Shown here piece by piece: positions 1 to 11,455 of a stretch of DNA of 64,000 nucleotides. A program made the translations under genes and the position numbers. Origin of the DNA: Chrysomallon squamiferum (taxonomy: Eukaryota > Animalia > Mollusca); contig CM022666.1 in NCBI GenBank assembly GCA_012295275.1, positions 10,292,001-10,356,000 of the forward strand. Direction: 5' to 3'. Every line of letters begins with the position of its first letter. Position 1 is the stretch's first letter. The notes beneath the pieces are model-generated. The model was given only the letters and a program-made list of their open reading frames with translations. It was not told where the DNA came from and made no database searches.

Positions 1-1890
1 CTGGAATTTTTTTTTTTTTTTTTTTTTATTAATATTTTCTTGATACACAATGACTAAAGTAATGTGCAGCAACCTGAATGTCTCTGATTAATACTCCCAA
101 ATATGTTACATTATTATGTTCAGTTAACTAATCTATGTTGTTTTTTATTATTATCATTAATAAAAATACTTGGAGGGTAAGTGTACATCTTCAGAAGAAC
201 ATAATAATGTTAGGTCTTTAAATATTTCTAAATCTCTATATTTTGTGTAATTACTCATTTTCATTTTTCTTACAAAACAAACTATAAATAAAACTTTTGG
301 CTAAATGCTGTTGGCTAATTTGATGAATAATAAAAATGTTCTACTCTTAGTAAGTGGATATTTTTTCACACAATTTCTGTGTATGTAATAGGAAAATCAT
401 CTGTCATGAACATTGAAAATGAATATGCCAATCCTAACAGTATGTTAAAATTTAGCTAACTGCTGCATAATGAATACAATTTGCACTTCTAATTATAGAT
501 TTTAATAGTAAATCATTTCTATGTAAACAAAACTCTCCCAATATTACAGAAGTAAATGTTTATATAGTTATTAATATCTATTTTATTAGTTATTTTATTT
601 TTATGTTTCTGACTGATATCACCAAGCCTCTGTGAAATGGAATAAAAGTTGTGTTATTGTCATGGAATTGGGTATGTGTCTAGATACATAGATTTTATTT
701 ATTTGCAAATGGTCTTGAAGTATGTACACTGTCCTGTTTGTATACTTCTGTGTATATGATATACATTATATAAGTTCTTTTTTTTTTTTTTTGTAGTTTA
801 CTGAAATATCAATGTTGTAAATCTTAGGAACAATACATGCTTGTTGCCACAGGGTGTTTTGTTATTTGTAATTTATTTGAAATTTAATTTAATGTTGAAT
901 GCATTGTAATCAAATGTGCTTATGTCAGCTTTTCTATGCATTGAAATGTTAAACAGTTAACATGTATTCTATTTTGTTCCAAATACAACTGACTTATATT
1001 ACTTCAAAGGAAGGGACTGAAACAAACTATATATATTTTTTATAGAATGTGCACAAATACAGATGAAATGAACAAAAAGTTTTAGGACATTTTAAAACAG
1101 ATAAAGAGATGCAGGAATATGATTGTGAATCCTAAACCTTTTTGTTTCAAAGTAGTTATGGAATGGTAAATGAAGTTCTATTGTTTTTAATGTGTTTATA
1201 AGAAACTGCAGAAAAACAGATGATACAGAACCAAGGGCAGAATGAGGATATTATATCTTTTACATGTTAAAGAAATAATTTACAAATGGGGCAACAAAAT
1301 ATAATATTTCGTAAGATATTTATTCTTTATGAAAACATTCTGCCAACAAGTAACAATATTGTGGAAACACAAATGCCCGATTCATAGGTATCAATCACTT
1401 AGAATATATATACTGATAGCTGTACATAACAATGGTATTGTGTGAAATCTTTTTTAAATAAAAATGTACATTTTGGTGAAATCTTGTGAATGAGCTTTTA
1501 TCATTTTGTCAATTATGTTGCTGTGTATTGGATCATAATATTTTCGCATATTTTATATATAAAATTCCAACTATATAATATTGACATAATGTTGTGCACA
1601 GTGTTTCAACTTTGTACAGAAAGGAATAAATGATTATTAGAATTATCTTTTTCTTCCTTTCTTGTTTAACATATATGTAAGTTAATGTCTGGATGTGACT
1701 AATATTCAGAAGTGACAAAACTGATACTTTCCTTTCCTGAGTTATTGATGGACAAGAAGATTTATTTTTATTATTTTTATTAAATACTTTAAAAATGCAC
1801 CATTTTACATGTATGATCAACTATCTTACAAATTCTAAATATTTGGATTTTTTAAAGACAAAAACACTGGAGAGATAACAGATACTCATT

Positions 1891-1916
1891 TTTATTTGTT
1901 TTTATTTGTTTTTATT
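1891..1916 (-). terminator. Candidate polyadenylation signals of the uncharacterised gene (3 x AATAAA at 10-bp spacing)
   Basis: tttatt at 1891, 1901 and 1911, about 600 nt after the stop; the hexamer is common in AT-rich DNA. Confidence 0.35.
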
Positions 1917-2513
1917 ATTTTAAATTAATTTGTGAAACCAAGCTTAGTTGGGTCATTCAATTAAGTTCAGGTTTGAATTTTGATATCTGGATAATCTGAC
2001 AATTACAGCAATATGATTTAACTATATACACATATTCTGAGCAAACTAGTGCACATATTAAACATAACACCTACACAAAATGTGTTAAGACTATTAAAAT
2101 AAAATTTGGCCTAAAAAAGCATGAAATCTGATCTGCCAACTTTCGAGAAAGCAATAGATTTGCAGGAGTAATTGCAGACAATCTGTTATAAAAATAGAAA
2201 TGTCTGGTAGATATGTATTTTTTCTCTTTTTTTAACAACTAAATATTCTGAAGAGAAACCTTCAGTTGTTTACCAAAATAAAATGAAATACAGATTTCAA
2301 ACAGTTTTTTCTCCTCACAGATGTATGATAACAAATATGAGAATTTTCTATTAAGTGAATATCAGTCAGTCTGGAACTGATGTAAACTTAGGATATTTAC
2401 TGTAGATGAAGGGGGGAAAAAAGTATTTTCTTACAAACAGCAATGAGATTTCAAATTAAGTTGACCTGAAATGATGTTAATGCAGTGCAAAAAACTAGAT
2501 TGCAATGTCTACT

Positions 2514-2616
2514 TCAAGTCTGCACAAGTGCATAAGCAGGCTGAAACATGTTTTCTGTCAACTGTACTGGAAATTCTTCAATGATGTTCACTATATTTGT
2601 AGTAATTGTCAACAAC
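2514..2616 (-). CDS. Uncharacterised gene exon 8 (terminal)
   Basis: ttgcag acceptor, phase 2, TGA stop at 2514-2516. Confidence 0.83.
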
Positions 2617-5600
2617 CTGCAATATCAAATAATAAAAGTCAAGACTAGTTAAAAGACAACTGAAAATATGACATTATGTTAGTGTTTTAAAGATATTTTA
2701 CATGATGGTTTTAATTCTTTATACAAAACCTTTAATAGAATGTATAGTATTTAATTAAAGGATGCTTATAATGTAATTTGAAAATCAACACTAGAAATAA
2801 CAAGACTTTGAACAAATTTTAAAAAGGTAAATTATGCAAAAGTAATAACAGTTCTGTTATGTGATGATTCATTATTACCATTCTTTCAGTTCTATAGAAT
2901 ATGAATCCTCATCACTGTCACCCATAAAACACATTTTTACAGCTTTGAAATTATCTTCAATGTTCTTCTTCACAATGCTAAGCATATTGTTCTTTTGAAG
3001 TGCATTTATGGATTGCTAAAAGGTTTCAAAAACATATTAATGTGTTTTAACTTTGTTTTTAAAAATTTTATTATAATAAAATCCAGAGATATTTAAAATT
3101 ATTTTTAGTTTATAGTTTATTTTTAACATGTTTTAAACAGACTGTTTCTGATGATTAATATCAAAAACTGAGAAATATTAATATATTTTAAATAAAATAA
3201 ATACAACTTGAGTTCTATTCCAAAAACAACATATCTACAGTCAACTAATGTCAACATATCTAAAGAAATAATGGAACTGAATTAAAATAAGCAAATACAG
3301 ATATAAACATTATAAAACTATTTTCATAATCAAAAATCAGTATACTAAAATATAAAACAAAAATTAATGAAAACTATTTAAAGTGACAACAGAAATATTA
3401 ATACCTCTAAACTGAACTTCTTGTGTGAATATGACAAAAATAACTGACACATTTTTATATTCTGTTATTTCAAAGCTTTACTGTTTTTGTAATATATTTG
3501 AAATTAAAATGGTTTAAATACACACATATAATAAAGCCAATTGGTGGGCAATGTATTTTGGTTTATCATGTGTTAACACATCATTGTTAATTTGGCGTGC
3601 AAGTGTTGACAGCTGATGTAGCGATGACAGTTGTGAGAAATAATCTGAAAATAGAAACAAAATTAAATCCTGATTTATTTCTTAAAATATTATTAACTTA
3701 TTTGTAAAAGAAAGAAATATGATAAAAAGTTAATTTCTAAAAGCCATGTTTATATTTTGAATGCTGCCCTTCTATACAATTATTATGGATTCCAGAATTT
3801 ATGGAAATTGTTAGGAAAAACAACAGCATTCAGAGGACTCTGTGAATACTGCCCTTTGACTATTCTGGAATTCTGTGTAAATCAATGTCAGAAAATATTT
3901 GTTTCCCACAAATATTTGGGAATGTTTATTCATCTTACTTTTATTTGTTCCCACCACTGTGTGATTATTTTCAGGAGTAGTTCTGTATTCTATTTGTGAT
4001 AATTACTGTTTACAGTGTGTGTCTATTGAAACTAATTAAATAGCACTGCAAACTGAGATTCACAAAAACAGATTTATAACTCTACACTGAGGGATAAATA
4101 ACTGAGGGAGATAGTTGTCTGGGAACTTGACCATTACTCCCATCTTATAGGATATTCGTTTTTTAAAAATGAATATGCATTATAATAGACCCTGGTCTCC
4201 TAAACGTAGCGGTGGATCCAGGAAATACAAGGAGGGATGCTAAGTAGCCTGAAGAGCAAAGAGTACCGTGTGGCAAATGTTGAGAGTACGAGTGTTACAG
4301 ACACCAATTCTGCCTAGGGGGTGGGGGCATGCTGCCCCAGAACATTTTGAATGACAGCAATTAGCATGTAATTAGACTACTGCATGATAAAGGTGAAATG
4401 ATCATGCTTCTTTGAAGGCTTAATAAACAATGATGCCATGTTTCTTGTACTTACTATATGCAGCTAGATGAACAAGATTATTATTAGTGTGTGTTGATAC
4501 CTAAGTGACTCATTTAGTTTTGAACATTTTATGTTGTATTATTGAATTTGTCATAATAGCAGGGCAACCTAAAAAACAACAACAAAAACTATCAAATTTG
4601 AAATGAAATTAACAGAAGAGTTTTCACAAAACCCACATTGCAAACAGAAAGATTTAGTTATGCTATTTAAAACATAATGACCATTACAGGCAAATGTATG
4701 AAACCTTTCAGCAGAGAGAAAACAAGTAATGTCCAACAAATTAAAAAATCTGAATGGATTGATGATATGCACAAACTTTTGCACAAATCTTTTTCTGCTC
4801 CATAGAAAGCAGACCTTTGCAGCCAGTGTTAAATATGGAGGCTGTTACAGAGGAATGTGCTTTGGAGAGATATGAAAAAAATGCAGTCATCGATGACAGA
4901 CTATTTCACAGCTGACATTTAACTGTAACCTTTGTAATAAAATATGTTCCTATTCCATGTTGTTTTAAACTTTATAAACCAGCACTCTGACTAAAATGAC
5001 ATATCTTGTTAGTCAAGAGTGAATCCAGTTTTGACAGATCCCACTGTACTTAGAATGAAAATCAATATATAATGTTTCAGTTTCTTGTTTAAAGTGTTCC
5101 TGTGATGGTATGTATTCTTATATCAGGATTTCATAAAATTGTATTCAGTAAAAATAAAGCAATCAAAATGCACGTTTAAGCTGTTTGTTAGAATACCAAA
5201 GGTATTTTGTAACCAAGTTCAGTGAACATACTGTCTAGGCTGGTTTTCTTCAGTGACAGAGACATCTGGTCAGGACGACAGACATAGGCAGAGGCTCGAG
5301 GAAACAGACGATCCATTCCTTTGCTTTCCAGGTATTCCTACAATAAACAAATATAAACCCATTTACACAGTTTTGAGTTCAATAATAAATATTTTCAGAA
5401 AAATCTTTACATGAACCATGTATAAAATGTAACTGTTTATTAAATACATTCTAAAGTACAAAACAACAGTAATAAAAGGTAACAGAATTTACTTTATATT
5501 TTGAAGTATACAAACTGGTATTTTAAAAATATTGTAGAATACATTTAAAATAAAGAACTATAAATATTTGGGATGGGGTGAAATTATTAAAAGTTTAAAC

Positions 5601-7221
5601 ATTTTTAAACTGTCTTTTTATGAATCTGTTTTTTTTAAAAATGTTTGACTGTGTTACAACCTGAACATGAATGTGAAAACCCGATCGCATCATCAACTGC
5701 TTCATGTGATCCAAGACAACACTGGCTGAAAATACACATTACATTAGTATTATTATAAATAAACTACTATGAAATTGGTTCTTAAAACTTCTAATGTTAT
5801 TAACAAAATGTGGAGATAATCAAAATTACACAGTATTATCATAAGAAAAAAATAACAAAGCAATATATTTTTTTTATTTATTTCTTATTTACTATTTTTT
5901 TTAAGTGATGGTTAGGATTTAGTTACATATAGTTAATAGCTTTCACAATTTCCAACAACTTTAACTTACAGATATTTATTACTTGCCTTTGTTTACAAAT
6001 GCGCTGCTTGTTTTTCCATGGTCTATTCTATGTGATGGCTGCTAAAGTATAAATAATAATTTTCATTAAAACAACTACTTTTATGACGTACCTTTCTGAG
6101 ATACAAGATGATAGTCATAAAAAATAAATAATAATAATAATAAAACTAAGAAATTTTCAATTCATGCTTCTACTCAGGTTTGTGATATCTGTTTAATTTA
6201 GTTTTATTTGTTCAGATTTCAATATATATATTAATATTTTCTTTTTACATCAAATACTGCTAAGAGAAATTTGTGAAGAATGTCATACCATCACAAGTTC
6301 CTTTTTACACAAAGTGTCAAGCTGTGCACACAATGACATCATCTCAATAGTAACATCCAAAGAGCTGTATGCTGTCACCAACAGTGATTCATGTAGTCGA
6401 ACATCAACTATAACAGACCCACATATTGCATTCTTTGCCACATAAATGGATCATTTTTAATTTTATTAAATCTTTTTCTGTAATATATTATTTTATATAA
6501 TACTTTTAAATTTCAGTTGTTATGGATAATAATTTTGTACTTCATACAGGAAATATATGTACCGATATGAACATTTTTATTTAAACTATTTTAATTATTT
6601 TAATTTAAATAAAATAATTTTCTTTATGAAGTCTAAAATTATTTAACTCAACTAATTACAGAATTCTTACATAACCTTTATTCCGCAAGATCAGGGGTGG
6701 GCAAACTCCAGCCCACAAAGGTTTATTGTCTGGCCTGCCAAACTGTTCACAATTAACATTGCCATCTGGACCACAAGACAGCAAAAAAAAAATGTCAGTG
6801 AAATAAAGTCAGTTGATACAGCTATTGTTTTATTTATTCAAGTTGCACTCGTTTAAAATTTAAAGCATCTCAAAGGTGCTTGTCAAATCAGTAGTGCCTG
6901 AATCCTAATTTAGAATGGCTGCTTGCTTCACTCTATTCAAAAAAATGCAAACTATAGGACTTTCTTCACTGCTTCAAGGTATGCAACAACACCCACCCCA
7001 TTAACTCTTCTAACATTCATTAAAAGTGAATTTACTGTTTGCATAAAATACATGTTCTGAAATCTTTTTTGTTCTCATTTCATATTTTGGCCCTCGTGCT
7101 CTTCCTATAAGATCCATCCGGCCTATTTTAAAAAGTTTGCCCTCCCCTGCATAAGATGGTATACTGAAATGTAATTCATATTAATTAACATAACTGCCTA
7201 AATTGGAATAACAATTATTTA

Positions 7222-7262
<41 letters not shown>

Positions 7263-7712
7263 ACAGGGTAGCAATAAAGACACTGTACAGTTACTTACAA
7301 TAACAATTGAGACAAAGCAATTAATCAATAAGCCAGACATTTATAAACCAACTTTGATGATTTATAAGCTACAGTCGTGAACCTGTTTCTGTGTCGTGCG
7401 TATTTCTTTGCTAGTTTGTGATTCTGTTTTTTTTTTTTTCTATTATAAGTAACTGTATAGTGACTTTATTGCCAGCCTGTATATAACCGATCTTCAGGTT
7501 TTGGAAAAAAATCGTTTTCCTATAATCTCTTAATTGTCTCCCTTGACAAGTACGAAGTATGTTTTAACAATGTATTTACAGTAATCACTAACAATAAAGA
7601 CAAAATAACCTGACGTCAAGTTAAAAAACCCGAAATACAAATACTGCCAACCTTTAAATGATGGATCATAATGCACTGGAATAATTAGCGGTGGCTGAAC
7701 GGTAGCAGCCAT
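2514..7712 (-). CDS. Uncharacterised 254-aa protein, 8 exons (whole-gene span)
   Basis: Exons of 61+119+55+65+106+119+137+103 = 765 nt join in one frame from ATG to TGA: MAATVQPPLIIPVHYDPSFKVDVRLHESLLVTAYSSLDVTIEMMSLCAQLDTLCKKELVMQPSHRIDHGKTSSAFVNKASVVLDHMKQLMMRSGFHIHVQEYLESKGMDRLFPRASAYVCRPDQMSLSLKKTSLDNYFSQLSSLHQLSTLARQINNDVLTHDKPKYIAHQLALLYQSINALQKNNMLSIVKKNIEDNFKAVKMCFMGDSDEDSYSIELKEWLLTITTNIVNIIEEFPVQLTENMFQPAYALVQT. Confidence 0.85.
2879..3015 (-). CDS. Uncharacterised gene exon 7
   Basis: ttttag acceptor, TG|GTAATA donor, phase 0-2. Confidence 0.83.
3526..3644 (-). CDS. Uncharacterised gene exon 6 (..KPKYIAHQLALLY)
   Basis: ttttcag acceptor, GTGTGT donor, phase 1-0. Confidence 0.85.
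4208..4351. mobile_element. Degenerate MITE-like interspersed repeat fragment
   Basis: GC-rich AGCGGTGGATCCAGGA...GGGGGTGGGGGCATGCTGCCCCAGAACATTTTGA, resembling common invertebrate non-autonomous repeats (recognised from memory only). Confidence 0.45.
4780..5046 (+). mobile_element. Degenerate 3' end of a pogo/Tigger-like transposon
   Basis: Terminal CCAGTTTTGACAGATCCCACTG|TA resembles a pogo-type right TIR; preceded by a reading ending KKMQSSMTDYFTADI* (PIP-box-like); left boundary uncertain. Confidence 0.5.
5232..5337 (-). CDS. Uncharacterised gene exon 5
   Basis: ttgtag acceptor, A|GTATGT donor, phase 0-1. Confidence 0.85.
5661..5725 (-). CDS. Uncharacterised gene exon 4
   Basis: ttttcag acceptor, CAG|GTTGTA donor, phase 1-0. 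Confidence 0.8.
5987..6041 (-). CDS. Uncharacterised gene exon 3 (GC donor)
   Basis: ctttag acceptor (tandem TAGCAG), AAG|GCAAGT donor, phase 0-1. Confidence 0.72.
6289..6407 (-). CDS. Uncharacterised gene exon 2
   Basis: gttatag acceptor, ATG|GTATGA donor, phase 1-0. Confidence 0.8.
6692..7149. mobile_element. Non-autonomous hAT (Charlie-like) MITE
   Basis: TIRs CAGGGGTGGGCAAACT / AGTTTGCCCTCCCCTG (1 mismatch in 16); 8-bp TSD cgcaagat / cataagat. Confidence 0.88.
7231..7260. repeat. (AAT)n microsatellite
   Basis: Read directly from the sequence. Confidence 0.9.
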
Positions 7713-7930
7713 CTGTGCTTTCTGATTTGTGGAACGGAACAATCAACAACTCTTTCGTCTCTAAGTTCGAAAAGTAACTGAGCTACCTGTGGGCGTGGCG
7801 CACGGTGTAAATTATTATGTAAAAGATGTGGTTTTCATGTTTATTAAATAGATTTGTTCGACGTGGGATTCGACAATTCAAATATTATTTTATTATATTA
7901 CATCTATGTTGGTGAAGTGATTCAAACCGT
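7370..7930 (-). promoter_or_regulatory. CpG-rich promoter/first-exon island of the uncharacterised gene, with a Sp/KLF GC box (GGGCGTGGC 7791-7799) and a CRE (TGACGTCA 7611-7618)
   Basis: Visible CpG enrichment against a CpG-depleted background, centred on the ATG at 7712. Confidence 0.65.
7652..7712 (-). CDS. Uncharacterised gene exon 1 (MAATVQPPLIIPVHYDPSFK)
   Basis: cagATGG start inside a CpG-rich island; AAG|GTTGGC donor (weak), phase 1. Confidence 0.72.
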
Positions 7931-10606
7931 TATATATTTTTTCTTTTATGTTAAAACATTAAAACAATTATTACTTATACACATTTGGTTATATTTATTA
8001 TTATATTTTGTAGATATTTAACTTCTATTTATACATTTTTTTGTTTTATAATTTTTTATCTAGCCTAGAGTTGGCTGTGGTTCTGATTACAAGTGCCTGA
8101 AGTGGTTTAATAGCCAAGATGTAATTTCCAGTTTATAGGAAACTACATAATAAACATCCCTTTCTGTCAGTCCACAAAAATAATCATGGAATGGTTGGAC
8201 TGTTATTTTTGAATCAGTAAGCTGTAAAGTATTTATTAGTTAATGAAACATGTCAGTGAGGAATTTCGTCGCTGGAAATGTAATAGGAGGGTTCTTCTGG
8301 AGACTCTGGAGTGCCTTCAGATACCAAATTATACAAATACACACACAAATCAGTTTTAATAATTTTATAATCATTTTGTTACAATTTATAAAACTGATTT
8401 CCATTAGCTGGATAATAATGAATACAGTATCTTTAAATACCACAGGCAAAATTTAGCAACATAATATGATAATGAAAAAAAATGTGACATGTATCCAGTT
8501 TACATTTGAGATAAATATTTGTAAAGCAAAACCGGAGAATGGGTTAGCTGGGGAAAGTTGGGATACAAAGAATAAAATAATTAAGCAGGAATCCTGATAC
8601 CACTAGTTAATTTCAAGCCATCACTATCTTTGATTACATTTTGTTAATCAGAGCTGTGTAGATAACTTGAGTTATGAAGACATAAAAATATTAAAGTTTG
8701 ATGATTTAATTTTTCTATATTAAAAAAAATATCAACATGACAAATTATATATTCTTCCACTGTGATCATCTATTCTTTTTCACACACACACGCACTATCC
8801 TATATATTTTATTATAAACAAAAGAAGAGAAAAAAACAGAAAACCTTTACACCTGTTTATTGATTTCATAAAATTCCTCAAGTGTCACAAGTAATATATT
8901 TAAAACTATTTTTTCTTTATCACAATTAAAAGGTTGACACTGAAAAATTGCAACATATGTAAAAGGTGCTCAATAATGACTGTTTATTATTATTCATATT
9001 AAAACTTCTTTAGATTAAATCTTTGAATAATTTACAATCTAAATAGAAATAAAATGACGTTATTCATAATTAAATATTTTATATTTAAAATTTTATTTGA
9101 AATTTTCATTAATAAAATATTTTCACATACATATTAAGTTAATTGTATTGATAATAAATAATGGTTATTTTCAAGAGGCTTAATGGCAGACACAAAGCCC
9201 TCCACCTGACCAGATTAACAGTAACATTTGCATAATCCTAAATCTAAATCTTTACAAGCTAATGTGGTTTATTTATCATAGACTATTGTATTAACATATA
9301 TACATAATTAAACTTGTATCTGTACAAGATGAATAAATTAATGTATTTTCACAAATGTCTTCAACAACATGTATTGCTAGGAGTTTGTAACAACAATAAC
9401 CATCTTTGAATATAAACAAACCTGTTTAACATGTTCAAACCTAACACTTATATAAATATATTTAGTAATGAAAAATGTACACAACAAAAATTGTCAGTTT
9501 AAAAGATTTCTTAATTACAGCTTCAGTTTTTGAATGCCCACACTTCGAGACTTGCCAGTGATTTGAAATGTGTTCTTTTTAAAAAGAGAACAGCTTCATA
9601 AATTGCAATTACTGATACATTTTTATATATATATTTTGTAAGACGCTGACTCTATTTTTATTTTAAAAATATAATACTTGGCAGATTTTATTAACTTTTG
9701 ACATCACATTTTAATAAGTAAATGTTAATAATGTTAGCTCAATTTGGGTAATTAACACAACCCAAAATAAAATTTTTAAAAATTCATTTTTTGGAATGTG
9801 TTACTGAACAAAGAATATAAAATATAAATTGTAAAATTAAAATGGAATGTTTTGTCAAGACAAAAAGATATAAAACAACTGACAATAAATAATTACTACA
9901 AACATTAAATTAATATCTTGTGTTTTTGTTTATTTGCTGTTGTTTTCTTTTTTATTTGAAGCATTTTCTTTACATTCACAATGTAAAAATAAAGGCCATT
10001 TGACAATTACATGTGTTATGAGGTTTATGATTAAATAAAAAATGTAAAATTTTAATAAAAAGTTGTCTATCCTGCATCTCACTCCAAATAAAAATAGCAA
10101 TTTAAAAATAATAATATATATTATTATCGAAAATAACATTTGTACTGATAGAACTGGAATAACAGAAGTTAAGAAAACCAGTTTAAGTAATTATTATTAC
10201 TGATAACAAATTAACTTACACATTTCAACAGGTTTGAATTTTCTCAAACTGTGCCAATTACGTTTTGATAGAAAAGTTGCTTTTTTCAAATGTCTTTAAA
10301 ACATATTTTGTTCCTCCAAAGTTCAATACTGCCAGGCACAATGAGGTGAGTAAATTTATAAAACACAGACAGAAGCAACCTACACACAGCCAGTCTTGTT
10401 TAAGTCATTAAATGTTTTTAAAGTGAACAAAAACAAAACAAAACAAAATCAACAAAAAAACTGCCTTGATATTCCAGTAAAATAGAGCAAGTTGTGTAAG
10501 AAATTAAGAACTTAAAATTATCAAAACTAGTTAAATCTTTTTTAAATATTGATGTTATATATTTTGTTACATTATCTATATGTTTATTATGTACTTAAAT
10601 ATTAAA

Positions 10607-10637
<31 letters not shown>

Positions 10638-11366
10638 TGTTATTTCTGGGGTGGGTTTGGGATTTCAATTTTCCAAGTTAATAGCGCAACTTAATATGAT
10701 GACAGCTCATACCACCTACAACTACACTATTGTAGTTGGATTTTCTCTAAATCTGTATTAGTTTTTGAATACATGCAAACAGTACAGACAAAGAATAAGA
10801 GGCAAAGTAACAAATATGGAATGTAAAATTATTTGCATATTGGCTGAGGTAAATGTATGTGCTGAAACACTGACACATATCCAAGACAAAAATATAGTCT
10901 TGTGATACACATAGCACTAATTCAAACAGACATTAACAGCAGACCAAATAATAAATGTGCCACAGGTTCTTCTGGAAAGCATTGTTGCAGACTAACTATA
11001 TTTATAAACACAGAATTTATTGATAAAAACTTTTTAATGTCACTATAAAATTCTCTGTCTAATGTGTGACTAGGTTAAAAGTAAATATTAAAATAAATAA
11101 ATAAATATATATATATTTTACCACAGTAATATGATAAATGAGAATCGTCTTTCAGAAAATGCTATTTCTTTTAGATTGTCAGCCACTGACATAACTTAGA
11201 TTTGTGGTATAATTTAAAACTGAAATGTAACATGTTTAAGATGAAGTTTAAGCCGACATTAGAAACTGTTTTCCTTTCACAAATGTCATACATTTCACAA
11301 AAGTCCACTGAAGCAGCCAATTAGAATCATTAATCATCTGAATGATTATGTAAAATTATGAGATTT

Positions 11367-11455
11367 TTAGACTGTTGTCTCCTCTGGACTGTTGGTTGCG
11401 CTAGTGCTGGCAAGACTAGCGTGGCTGTTGTAATACTCTTTTCTGCCAAATGACT
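11367..11455 (-). CDS. MCF2L: DBS-like terminal exon (ESFGRKEYYNSHASLASTSATNSPEETTV*), PDZ-binding C-terminus
   Basis: tttttcag acceptor, phase 1 matches the SH3 exon, TAA stop; ends in the class I PDZ motif E-T-T-V. Confidence 0.85.
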
